NCBI RefSeq assembly: GCF_000179635.2
Contig: NC_014824.1
Span: forward strand, 150,001 to 182,000
Reading direction: 5' to 3'
Source: Ruminococcus albus 7 = DSM 20455
GTDB taxonomy: Bacteria > Bacillota > Clostridia > Oscillospirales > Ruminococcaceae
DNA: 32,000 bases
Shown here one piece after another: positions 9,643 to 18,080 of the stretch. Position 1 is the first letter of the stretch, and each line of letters starts with the position of its first letter. Both the position numbers and the translations under genes were made by a program. The notes under the pieces were generated by a model. The model was not told the DNA's origin and did not search any database. It worked only from the letters and a program-made list of their open reading frames with translations.

Positions 9643-9671
9643 ATTATACCACAATCAGCCCTGATTTTCAA
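9643..9671 (-). promoter_or_regulatory. SigA-type promoter for the ACT-SRAP-hydrolase-polY operon
   Basis: On the minus strand: TTGAAA (9671-9666), a 17-nt spacer, then TATAAT (9648-9643) with an extended TGg upstream. Confidence 0.55.
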
Positions 9672-9683
9672 TCTGGTATAAAA

Positions 9684-9716
9684 AACGGGAGCAACCCTAA
9701 GTCAGTTGTTCCCGTT
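9684..9716 (-). terminator. Rho-independent terminator of the Lys/Ala-rich protein gene
   Basis: 12-bp stem (aacgggagcaac / gttgttcccgtt, one G-U pair). A TTTTT run follows on the minus strand. It lies 7 nt after the stop at 9723. Confidence 0.6.
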
Positions 9717-9722
9717 GTATTA

Positions 9723-10475
9723 TCAAAGATCTACCTTATCAGAGTAATTGCCGTTGATAACGTAATAAACCGCTTTATCTTCCGGCTTGATGTAAAACTC
9801 GACAGAATTAACACTGCCCTTGAATTTATTCTTATAATCAGCTTCAACAGCCTTCTTGATCTCTGCAAGATCAAATTCATCGCCAAAGAACTGAATCTTA
9901 ACTGTCTCTACAGGAGCAACTGCGTTCTTGACTATTTTTTCTGTCTTTGCAGTGTTCTTAGTAGTAGTTTTCTTCGCAGCTGCAGTCTTTGAAGCAGCTT
10001 TTGTTTTAGCTGCCGGCTTTTTAGCAGGAGCTTTCTTTGTCGCAGGCTTCTTTTCTGCCGATTTCTTCTCTTCAGTCTTCTTCTCAGACTTAGGAGCAGA
10101 TACTTCCTTTACAGCTTCATTAATAACTTCGTTTGTAGCTTCTGTCTTAACTTCGGCCACTGCTTCTATCTTTGCTTCAGCTATGGGTGCATTTGTGGTT
10201 TTGGTTGTCTTGGTTTTTGAAGTAGTTTTCTTTTCTTTAGCAGACTTTGCAGAGGCCTTTGCCTTAGCTGCCGTTTTCTTTTCGGGGGATTTTTTGGCAG
10301 CAGTTTTCTTTACAGGCTTTTCAGCTGCAGCTTCCTTTGCAGTTTCCTTGACAGCTTCAATTACAGCTTCTGTCTTAGTTTCATTCACCGCTTCTTTCTT
10401 AACTTCAGTCGCAACTTCTGCTTTTACTTCAGCTGCGGGTGCTTTTATGTTTTCGGTTTTCTTTTCTTCTGCCAT
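9723..10475 (-). CDS. Lys/Ala/Thr/Glu-rich histone-H1-like low-complexity protein with a conserved C-terminal domain (possibly the DUF6465 family)
   Basis: Start set at ATG 10475 (MAEEKK) with GGAGG SD upstream. It has two tandem acidic-then-basic modules. The globular C-terminus reads VKIQFFGDEFDLAEIKKAVEADYKNKF...EFYIKPEDKAVYYVINGNYSDKVDL. The family name is from memory and is not verified. Confidence 0.7.
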   Translation of the reverse strand: MAEEKKTENIKAPAAEVKAEVATEVKKEAVNETKTEAVIEAVKETAKEAAAEKPVKKTAAKKSPEKKTAAKAKASAKSAKEKKTTSKTKTTKTTNAPIAEAKIEAVAEVKTEATNEVINEAVKEVSAPKSEKKTEEKKSAEKKPATKKAPAKKPAAKTKAASKTAAAKKTTTKNTAKTEKIVKNAVAPVETVKIQFFGDEFDLAEIKKAVEADYKNKFKGSVNSVEFYIKPEDKAVYYVINGNYSDKVDL

Positions 10476-10509
10476 TGCTATTACCTCCAATAAAATAATT
10501 TGTGATTAC

Positions 10510-10538
10510 ATTATACAATATTACTTTCTTTCTGTCAA
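10510..10538 (-). promoter_or_regulatory. Consensus SigA promoter
   Basis: On the minus strand: TTGACA (10538-10533), a 17-nt spacer, then TATAAT (10515-10510), preceded by TGt (extended -10). Confidence 0.65.
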
Positions 10539-10860
10539 TCCGTTTATAATAAAAAATTCATTATTTGACAGTATTTTCAAGGAAATTTGGAATGTGGGTG
10601 TGTCACGCGTGACACAGAACTAAAATGACGGTGATTTCAAATGAATGGTGACATAGAGTTTTTCAAAATTCATTATGCATCATAGGGCATTTGTACTTTG
10701 GTATGATGACTGACTCAAGGGAAGTAAAGGCCGAATTTACTGAAACACGTGAATTATTAGATCTTGCAATAAATCACGATACTCTGTATATTGGGAATAA
10801 TACGATACAAGGAGATGCTCCACTTATATGGTAAAGCATCTTCCTTGTATTAAATTCATA

Positions 10861-11817
10861 TTACTCTTTAATTCCGCAAATTGTAGGTTGATTGAATTCG
10901 TAAAGTAGTTCGTTAATTTCATCAACATCATAACAACCTTTACTTATGCAAAAGATGATAATTCTATCAAAGGGTATATACTCTGATAAGCCATACCCAC
11001 AACTTGCAAGTAATCTTTGTGTTTTTTCCATGTCTAACTTTAGAACGATACAAATAGATACGATTTTTTCTTTCTTGAGAGAACGAAGCTTATTATTACG
11101 AATATACGAAAAAACTTGTTTGCTAATCCCAGCGGCTTTGTATACATTTGCATCAGTCATTCCTGACTCATCGATAAACTGTAGTAATAGCGTTTTGAAA
11201 GGTATTGCGTGAGAGAGTTCATATAATTCATTACGGTCAGCTTCAGAAAGATACAGAGGATTAGGTCTAATTAGAAAATCTTTCCGCGATGAATGACTCG
11301 GGCCTTCAATTAACTTGTTATTGATGGCATCATTAATGTAGTATAAATAATCCCGAATTACATCGGCTATATTGGTATAATGATTCGTCAGAATTTCGAT
11401 TAAAATTTTACAGCCATCACCCCAAAAACTTAATAGTGAAATATTCTTGTCAAGGATTTCTTTCCATTCCTTGAATTTTTCCTCAAAGACTGTACGGTTT
11501 TGTTCAATATTTATGTAAATCTCATCTAGAGAAGCAGCATATAGAATCCACCTTGAATAATATAATCCACATACTTTTATGGCATAGGATTCAATTTCAC
11601 AACTTAAGTGATAAAATTTTCTAAATTCTCTAATATCATCACTGTACGTTAGTTGATTATTACTATTCTCAATATCATCTAATATGTCAGAAATATCAGA
11701 AATAGACGAGTAGAAAGTCAAATTTAAATATCTCAGTTTTGATATTATGCCAGATTCAATACTATCAGGATACTTCGGTAATAAAAGTGTTTTCATAAAT
11801 TCTTGTTTTATTGACAT
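10861..11817 (-). CDS. XRE-type helix-turn-helix regulator with a ~200-aa N-terminal domain of unknown function
   Basis: Start moved from the TTG in the ORF track to ATG 11817 (MSIKQEF), which has GGGGGAGG SD upstream. The C-terminal HTH reads MTDANVYKAAGISKQVFSYIRNNKLRSLKKEKIVSICIVLKLDMEKTQRLLASCGYGLS. Confidence 0.75.
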   Translation of the reverse strand: MSIKQEFMKTLLLPKYPDSIESGIISKLRYLNLTFYSSISDISDILDDIENSNNQLTYSDDIREFRKFYHLSCEIESYAIKVCGLYYSRWILYAASLDEIYINIEQNRTVFEEKFKEWKEILDKNISLLSFWGDGCKILIEILTNHYTNIADVIRDYLYYINDAINNKLIEGPSHSSRKDFLIRPNPLYLSEADRNELYELSHAIPFKTLLLQFIDESGMTDANVYKAAGISKQVFSYIRNNKLRSLKKEKIVSICIVLKLDMEKTQRLLASCGYGLSEYIPFDRIIIFCISKGCYDVDEINELLYEFNQPTICGIKE

Positions 11818-12160
11818 ATAAAAAGCCTCCCCCAAAAAAGTCAAGTATTACTTGACGACATAAACCTAATAATGTGGTATAATACAATCAAGCTCAAGAG
11901 AGAAAAAGTCAGATATATCAATATCTAGGAATCTGTAATTATAATTTACAACCCAATATAGTGCGCTGCATATAAATTAAAATGGATGCTACTTTATTGT
12001 GTAAATTATACATTATTGATACTTAATTGTCAAGCGAAGGAGGTAAATCATATGACAACATCAAATAATTAGGGCATTTAATTCCAGGCACAGAATCTCG
12101 CGAATCCATTCATGTCAATATCCGTAAGCGAAAAAAGTAAACAATCAGGAGGCTTTAATT

Positions 12161-12709
12161 ATGATAATTAATAAGAATGTTATAACCACACTAATCCTTT
12201 GCTTTGTTATTCTCTTTGCTGATTTTGCAGCAAGTGTAAGTTCGACTATCGAGGCATCCGCATACTCGGGACAAATCTCCGGTGCTATGGAAGCGTTTAA
12301 TGATTTTGCTGCAAAGAACAAATCGAAGGCAAATAAGAAAACAAAAATTAAGAGTGTAAAAAAAGTATACAAACTTGTTCCAAAACAATCAGGTCAAGTA
12401 TATATTACTGATACAGTAAGCTTTAATTATGACGGTACCAAAGTATTCAATGTCCAAGTCGATCAAGACTGTGATGGTCATTCCTGGGGATTCAGATCAT
12501 GGGGTTGGAAGATATCTAAATATCATGACGATGGTGTTGAGATTAGCTCCACATATTATATAACATCTGGGGTCAGTAAGTTTATAGCTAAAATTTTCGG
12601 CAAAAACAGCCCTTTTGCATTAAAAGCAAAACGCAGTGCAAAATATCGTCTTTACAAAGATGGTACTATAAAGCAGCTCAAATCGAGTAAAACGTCTTTA
12701 TTCTTTTAG
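12161..12709 (+). CDS. Secreted hypothetical protein
   Basis: 182 aa. AGGAGG SD upstream. Signal peptide MIINKNVITTLILCFVILFADFAASVSSTIEA. No family recognised. Confidence 0.65.
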   Translation: MIINKNVITTLILCFVILFADFAASVSSTIEASAYSGQISGAMEAFNDFAAKNKSKANKKTKIKSVKKVYKLVPKQSGQVYITDTVSFNYDGTKVFNVQVDQDCDGHSWGFRSWGWKISKYHDDGVEISSTYYITSGVSKFIAKIFGKNSPFALKAKRSAKYRLYKDGTIKQLKSSKTSLFF

Positions 12710-12756
12710 TAGTTTTTTGTATGTAATAGAGCCGGTTCTGAGTAATAAGCATAGAT

Positions 12757-12790
12757 GAGGGTGTTGCGGTTGCAACACCCTCCGTTTTTA
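12757..12790. terminator. Bidirectional terminator between convergent genes
   Basis: 11-bp GC-rich stem gagggtgttgc / gcaacaccctc with a 4-nt loop. A T-run follows on the plus strand. Confidence 0.7.
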
Positions 12791-13177
12791 TATACAGATA
12801 TATTCCGCTAGAGAATTGCATATCTTTTTAGCTTCCGCATTTGGAGAAGTCTGGAAGATTTCTCCCGAAGGTGATTGCCATATTACTATGCCATCTATGT
12901 GTGCCTCCTCTATCACATAAAGTAAATGTTCTTCTATGAGATTTTTATTCCACTGTTTTTCTGTAACAGCAACCACATCAAGATTTCTATCGCAACTAAT
13001 TCCGGTCAATTCGTGGCCATTAAAAGATATTGTTCCATAATGCGCCACATATTCTTTATAATCATCTGCAAATTGAAGACCAAGCTTATCTTCAGCATTC
13101 TTAATCTTTTCCATTGAAACAGTACCCTCGAAGTAGAAATCCTGTCGTTCTTTCACTTTATCAAATATTATGCTCAT
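12788..13177 (-). CDS. SMI1/KNR4 (SUKH-1) family immunity protein
   Basis: 129 aa. Has the typical IKNAEDKLGLQFADDYKEYVAHYG motif. It starts 13 nt after the stop of the toxin gene. Confidence 0.8.
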   Translation of the reverse strand: MSIIFDKVKERQDFYFEGTVSMEKIKNAEDKLGLQFADDYKEYVAHYGTISFNGHELTGISCDRNLDVVAVTEKQWNKNLIEEHLLYVIEEAHIDGIVIWQSPSGEIFQTSPNAEAKKICNSLAEYICI

Positions 13178-13190
13178 TTAAATACTCCAT

Positions 13191-14498
13191 TCAACCTACC
13201 ATTGACGCAAATGCTTTCCAAAAAGCTTTTCGTTCTTCATCCCAATTATTTCCTGCCGCGTGTGCCTCTGTACGTTCAAGGAAACCATGAATTGCAGGAT
13301 TATCATGCTCTGATCGTGATAGAATAGCCAATGTACCATCTTTCTTTTGTCCTACATGGTGAAGTTCATAAGAAATTCCATTTGAGTCTTGCGGAGCTAA
13401 TCCCTCTTTCATTCGTTGCAAATTCGTTCTTCCCTTTGAGTCAATCCTAGTAAGATCAATATCACTTTTTATCAAAGCAGATTTATTCCCAACCATTGTT
13501 GATTTTAGGTTGGCATCTTTAAACACCTGATATTCTTCCATGTTGTGAAATTCTTTAATAACATCCAAAGGGTATTTTGTTTCTCGCTGTATCTTTGCAT
13601 ATTGGTTCATTGTGAACTCCGTTTGTTTTGCTGAACCATAAAGCGATTTCCCTTCACTGACGCCGCCTAAAACCGCCCCAGTGATTGCTCCCCATTTGAA
13701 GCCTTCAGATGCTTCGAGAGTAGCAGCTTTTGCCATTTCTTTGACATTTCTGGTTTCAATGCCCTTGACAATAGCAGCTGATACACCACCTAAAGCAGCA
13801 GATTTAATAGCAAATGTTGTTGCTTCTTTTGCGGAACCCGCAATTATCATACTCACAGCATGTGCGCCAACACCTGGAGAAACTACAGATACAGTCACAC
13901 AAATCAAAATAACTCCAGTACCAATAGCGACATTACGCATAACTGTATCGTAGGTGTTATCTCTGAATGCAGCCATCTCCTGCACAGTTGTTTGTCCATT
14001 TTCATCAAGGGTAAATATGTACTTTTGACCTTGAAATATCTCATTAAGCTCTGATGCCTTATATCCAAAGTAAATATTTTCCTGGGAGTTGAATTCTATT
14101 TCTTCATAGTATTCTTTAGGCATATACGCCGCCTGTACGTTTTCAACGAAATAATCATCACTGCCTAGTTGTTCAACAAGTTCTGAATAGACCGAATCTT
14201 CAACATACCGCAGTAGTTCCGGATCATTCATTGTCAAAAAACTAATATTTTCAATGTTATCCTGAATATCTGAAATACACTCTGATACGGAACTATCTCT
14301 CTCGTCAACGGCCGAACATGTAATATCATTTTCATCAGCATGGTCTTTAGAAGATATTTCATCATTTGTTTTGGAAATCTCATCATCGATGATTTCTGAT
14401 GACGCAGTATCGCTTACATTTATTTCAATCTCGGTATCTCCTGCACACCCTGTAAGCAGCATTGCGCATGATAGAAATAAAGCAATTACTCGTTTCAT
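13191..14498 (-). CDS. Polymorphic-toxin lipoprotein with a C-terminal HNH/EndoVII-fold nuclease domain (LHH type)
   Basis: Start at ATG 14498, with GAGAGG SD 7 nt upstream. Lipoprotein signal MKRVIALFLSCAMLLTGC. A central Gly/Ala-rich hydrophobic segment resembles a pre-toxin region. The C-terminus reads GLAPQDSNGISYELHHVGQKKDGTLAILSRSEHDNPAIHG. A SUKH immunity gene follows. Confidence 0.8.
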   Translation of the reverse strand: MKRVIALFLSCAMLLTGCAGDTEIEINVSDTASSEIIDDEISKTNDEISSKDHADENDITCSAVDERDSSVSECISDIQDNIENISFLTMNDPELLRYVEDSVYSELVEQLGSDDYFVENVQAAYMPKEYYEEIEFNSQENIYFGYKASELNEIFQGQKYIFTLDENGQTTVQEMAAFRDNTYDTVMRNVAIGTGVILICVTVSVVSPGVGAHAVSMIIAGSAKEATTFAIKSAALGGVSAAIVKGIETRNVKEMAKAATLEASEGFKWGAITGAVLGGVSEGKSLYGSAKQTEFTMNQYAKIQRETKYPLDVIKEFHNMEEYQVFKDANLKSTMVGNKSALIKSDIDLTRIDSKGRTNLQRMKEGLAPQDSNGISYELHHVGQKKDGTLAILSRSEHDNPAIHGFLERTEAHAAGNNWDEERKAFWKAFASMVG

Positions 14499-14521
14499 AC
14501 ACATACCTCTCTTTTATGCAA

Positions 14522-16426
14522 TTATTTGTTTCCTTTATATTTTCGAATAATTACAGCAATAATGCCAACTGCACTAAGAATCCCTATCCAAATAAAATAT
14601 ACATTTGATCTGTCAGTCTGTGCTGTAGTTTGATCTGTTTCCGAAGCTGACATAGAATCAACAGTTTTTTCTGCCACTGATGATGTTTCGGGTTCTATGG
14701 TATCGTCTCGAATCGAATAAGACGTTTCCACAATAGAAGATGTAACCTCAGTTTTAGATGATTCTGGCGGTATTAGTTCACCGCTGTCTGAAATCTCGTA
14801 GCCAGCATTTTCGACCAGATCAGATATTTCATTTATAGTGTAAGCTGAATTCTTAGCATTCATTGATGCGATAATTACACTATCCGAGCCTACGTAGATT
14901 TTCTTTACAGTCGGATTTTGCCCATATGGATCAGTCGTTGGATTAGTTACTTTTATCGTGTATATTCCCGGAGTTATGTATTCATCAGATTCTTTTGCGC
15001 TACGATTAAATTTAGTATCTTCAGTATACCCATTTACTCCTTTCGTCCATTGTGAGAGTTGAACGTTTATATTAAGATAGCGTGATTTTGCCCAATCCAA
15101 GATAAATCCGTTTTCAGTTACAGAGTCATTTGCAAGATAAGTATTTGTTACCTTATCTTTGGGATAAACAATAGCATTACTGTTCCTGACTTGAAAATTA
15201 AATGCTATTTTGTAATCATAAAATCTGTCTTTCCAATTATCATCAAGTATCTCATAATCCAGTGATACTTCGTAATCGCCCTCTTCAAACAACTGTACTT
15301 TAGTATTAGCGCCAGGTAATACAAGTGCTTCAAGAAAGTTGGTATAGATTATCGGATCATGAGTTATTCCTTTGTAATCTGTAAATCTTATAATAAGTGT
15401 TCCACGCTTGAAATTCTGCTGAGGTACATTAAGAATTGAATCATATCCATTTAAATCGGAATTAATTGTCAAGTGTTTGTCACCATTCAGTTTGTTTATA
15501 TTAACATTTTTGTTCATGTCAAACCAGAGGGTGATTTTATCACCAACATTTTTCAGAAAAACAGTATCTCCTGTAACAGTTTTCTTATTAGATGTAAATC
15601 CGCCCACTACAAATCTTCCAAGGTCCCAGCCTAAATGTGGATCATCACTGTCCATGTTGATGCTGTCTGTAAATCCATTATCAACCTTTACAGCCTGGGT
15701 CTTTCCAAGTTCAAATGTTTCGATGTTTTCGGGAATATTTTTATCTGCACCTTTATAGCCTGCATAAAAAGTATATACCTGAGCAATTTTCTTTATATCA
15801 TATTTATCTTTCTTTAGTAATTCCTTTATTTCCCATGAATAATCCTTAGTTCGCTTTTCTATCTCATAAGCTACGATAATACGATAATAGCAACCATTTA
15901 TAAGCTGAATATTATTTATCTGCCCATCATCAAACTCTTTATCACTTTTTATATTTACATAAGATTTACAGTCGATCCAATTATCACCATCAAATGATGT
16001 TTGGAAAATGAGGGCACCGTGATCAATATCATCATCAAGCTTTGAACCATTTACAACATTTTTGCCGTCTTTGATAAGATGCCAGTCATCTTCTCCTGCG
16101 TCTTTTAGAGAACTAATATATTCATACTCAAGACTGAACGTTTCGTCATCTGCTATCTCATACGCAGGTATACCATTTTTACTATAGCTTTTCTGAACAT
16201 CACCTTTCAAAGATAGTATACCTAACCTATAATCCATCAAATAGTTTTCAGACGGATCTGATGAATCAATCTCATATTTGCTATTTTCTCCGAATTCATA
16301 TAGCTCCCCTGTCAAGGTGATAATCTCTTCTTGGGCTTCTGCTGTAAAAGGAAATGCAGATGAAATCACTGTAAGCATCATTACTATCCCTAATGCATAT
16401 AATAGCTTTTTCTGCAAATTTTTCAT
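14522..16426 (-). CDS. Large secreted protein with a C-terminal membrane anchor, function unknown
   Basis: 634 aa. Signal peptide (LLYALGIVMMLTVISSAFPFTAEA), a Ser/Thr-rich stalk, and a C-terminal TM helix plus basic tail (VYFIWIGILSAVGIIAVIIRKYKGNK). Confidence 0.8.
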   Translation of the reverse strand: MKNLQKKLLYALGIVMMLTVISSAFPFTAEAQEEIITLTGELYEFGENSKYEIDSSDPSENYLMDYRLGILSLKGDVQKSYSKNGIPAYEIADDETFSLEYEYISSLKDAGEDDWHLIKDGKNVVNGSKLDDDIDHGALIFQTSFDGDNWIDCKSYVNIKSDKEFDDGQINNIQLINGCYYRIIVAYEIEKRTKDYSWEIKELLKKDKYDIKKIAQVYTFYAGYKGADKNIPENIETFELGKTQAVKVDNGFTDSINMDSDDPHLGWDLGRFVVGGFTSNKKTVTGDTVFLKNVGDKITLWFDMNKNVNINKLNGDKHLTINSDLNGYDSILNVPQQNFKRGTLIIRFTDYKGITHDPIIYTNFLEALVLPGANTKVQLFEEGDYEVSLDYEILDDNWKDRFYDYKIAFNFQVRNSNAIVYPKDKVTNTYLANDSVTENGFILDWAKSRYLNINVQLSQWTKGVNGYTEDTKFNRSAKESDEYITPGIYTIKVTNPTTDPYGQNPTVKKIYVGSDSVIIASMNAKNSAYTINEISDLVENAGYEISDSGELIPPESSKTEVTSSIVETSYSIRDDTIEPETSSVAEKTVDSMSASETDQTTAQTDRSNVYFIWIGILSAVGIIAVIIRKYKGNK

Positions 16427-16608
16427 ATTATCCTCCCTTTTCTATTTGAAGTGATTATAGTACATAAACAAATTGAGTATTAGTTTACTTTCTCAAAATT
16501 ATTATATCACAAAAGCACCAATTGGTCAATATCAAAGAAATTAAAAGTTAATTAGTATATTTCAATTGTGATATTGAACAAATGATTTATCTTTTCTTTG
16601 TTATATTC

Positions 16609-16651
16609 ATTATACCACAGCTTAGCAAATAACTATAAAAATGGATTCCAA
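16609..16651 (-). promoter_or_regulatory. Extended -10 promoter plus a shared 18-nt upstream motif
   Basis: On the minus strand: TGGTATAAT (-10 at 16614-16609). The motif TTGGAATCCATTTTTATA (16651-16634) ends exactly 19 nt upstream of the -10. The same motif and spacing occur at 24441-24483. Confidence 0.45.
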
Positions 16652-16655
16652 GTCA

Positions 16656-16690
16656 AACAGCGCCCGGAATTATTCCGAGCGCTGTTTTTC
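16656..16690. terminator. Terminator-like hairpin after the lipoprotein gene
   Basis: Stem aacagcgc / gcgctgtt with an inner cggaat / attccg extension. A T-run lies on the plus side and an A-run on the other side. It sits 6 nt from the stop at 16696. Confidence 0.5.
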
Positions 16691-16695
16691 CATAT

Positions 16696-17776
16696 TTATG
16701 GTTCAATGATAACTTCGACCCTGTTGAAATCTGTTTCATAAACCGTTATATCAGCAACATCAGTAGCTCCTTTGCCATTAAGATTTTTTGCATAAACATC
16801 GAAATGCCCATCTCTAGTTCCGACGATCTGATCGTCCTTATAGAGAAGCAGCTTGAATTTTGCAAAACCGCCCAACTCGTCTGCCGTCTGTTTGAAAGTA
16901 AGAAAAACTTCTTCGCCGGCAATGTCACATTGTACAAGTTCTACCGCATTACGTGCCCCTGTGAAAAGCCCGTCACTCTTTGCAGTAGCATTAGCACGAA
17001 GCTTCGCGCCGGAAATATCTCCGCTAAAGTGATATTCAAAATAGTTCACCTGCCCCTTTGTCAGCGTGATATCATCACTGCCTTTGCCGACAACGCTTCC
17101 GTCTTCCGAATATGCGATCAGAGAAGCTGAGATCGAAACATCCTGTTTTGCCTGTATCTTGTGAACTATCACCGTGTTCCCGATAGAATTTATCCAGCTT
17201 GCTGCATCGATTATTTCGTAATACTTATTGCTCTCATAAGCATTAGGCGTGTCTTCTTCGGGTTCTTCATTAGTATCGGGAAGATTTTCCGCTGTGATTG
17301 TATATTCGTCCTCAACTGCATTTTCAACCATCTCGTAGCTGATTATCCACGATTGATCGACAAGTTCAACGTTTGTTATCCTGACTGTCAGAACATCACC
17401 GACTTGAACATTCGGGTCATCCGATGAAACAAAATTAAGATGAATACCAGCCCAGATATTGTAACCGTATATTGATTCCGGATGAAGTTCCTGAGCTATA
17501 ATACTTACAGTTTTTCCGTTAAGATCATCGCCCGAATTAAGAGCAGCTTCAAATGCTTCCTCATCACCATAGTCGAGATGAACACTCTCCTTTTCGGTAT
17601 TTTCATCGGATCGAGTTTCATTTTCGGTTTGGATAATGCTCTCTGCTTTTTCAGAAGATTCAGCCGTCTTTGTTAACGCGTTAGTCTGCTTTTCTTCGTT
17701 CTGCTCACCGCTTGTTGTTCCGCAGGCTGATAATGTCAGGCATAATGCTGCTGTAATAGTAATCATTCTTGTGATG
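16696..17776 (-). pseudogene. Lipoprotein gene whose first 5 codons, SD and promoter are separated from it by the IS21 insertion
   Basis: Joining 24211-24197 to 17776 and downstream restores MKNITRMITITAALCLTLSACG, a canonical lipoprotein signal with lipobox LSAC. The GGAGGA SD sits beyond the IS at ~24218-24223. Confidence 0.75.
17770..17776. repeat. Target-site duplication of the IS21-family element (left copy)
   Basis: TGTGATG (8 bp if the following T is counted) is repeated directly at 24197-24203, immediately outside the TG...CA termini. Confidence 0.7.
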
Positions 17777-17793
17777 TGATTATTTCATGACTT

Positions 17794-17893
17794 GGAACGC
17801 ACCAATCCGCAATAAGGAAAACGTTAATCCGCCACAAGGAACGCACCAATCCGAAACGAAGAACGCATCAATCCGCAGAAGGAACGCACTTAC
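17794..17893. repeat. IS21 left-end multi-repeat (putative IstA binding sites)
   Basis: ggaacgcaccaatccgc, ggaaaacgttaatccgcc, ggaacgcaccaatccga, agaacgcatcaatccgc and ggaacgcact occur at roughly 22-25-nt spacing. Confidence 0.7.
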
Positions 17894-17954
17894 CATTCAG
17901 TCAATCTTATAGTGGGTCATTCAATAGAGTAGATAGTATCATACCTGAATAAAT

Positions 17955-18013
17955 GTTTTCACGGTTTCCACCGGAATGGAGCGAAGCGGAATGTAGGCGG
18001 AAACCGTGAAAAC
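17955..18013 (-). other. 15-bp perfect stem hairpin inside the IS21 element, downstream of the last ORF
   Basis: gttttcacggtttcc (17955-17969) pairs with ggaaaccgtgaaaac (17999-18013). The 29-nt loop contains cggaatg twice. Confidence 0.5.
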
Positions 18014-18080
18014 TGTGGTGGCCACACGCACGGGGTTTTCTAATCCGATTAGTATTGAACCAGCCTATTGTTACCGATCA

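Noticed and set aside
7572-9722. Search for a LexA (Cheo) box GAAC-N4-GTTC upstream of the polymerase, SRAP and ACT genes
   Set aside because: I found no match by eye in the intergenic regions 7572-7612, 8447-8476, 9164-9207 and 9574-9722. This was a visual scan only, so a degenerate site could have been missed.
9928-10623. 231-aa plus-strand ORF rich in F/A/V/S
   Set aside because: It is the antisense reading of the low-complexity Lys/Ala/Glu-rich gene (AAG/GCA repeats read as CTT/TGC). It has no SD, and the minus-strand gene has a promoter, an SD and a terminator.
11852-11883. TTGACG ... TATAAT as a canonical -35/-10 pair
   Set aside because: The spacer is 20 nt, which is too long. Only the extended -10 (TGGTATAAT) is credible, so it was not listed as a confident promoter.
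17794-17893. Regularly spaced ~17-nt repeats that could look like a mini CRISPR array (also at 24083-24190)
   Set aside because: There are only 4-5 degenerate copies, present as inverted sets at both ends of an istA/istB element next to a target duplication. These are IS21 multi-repeat termini, not CRISPR repeats.
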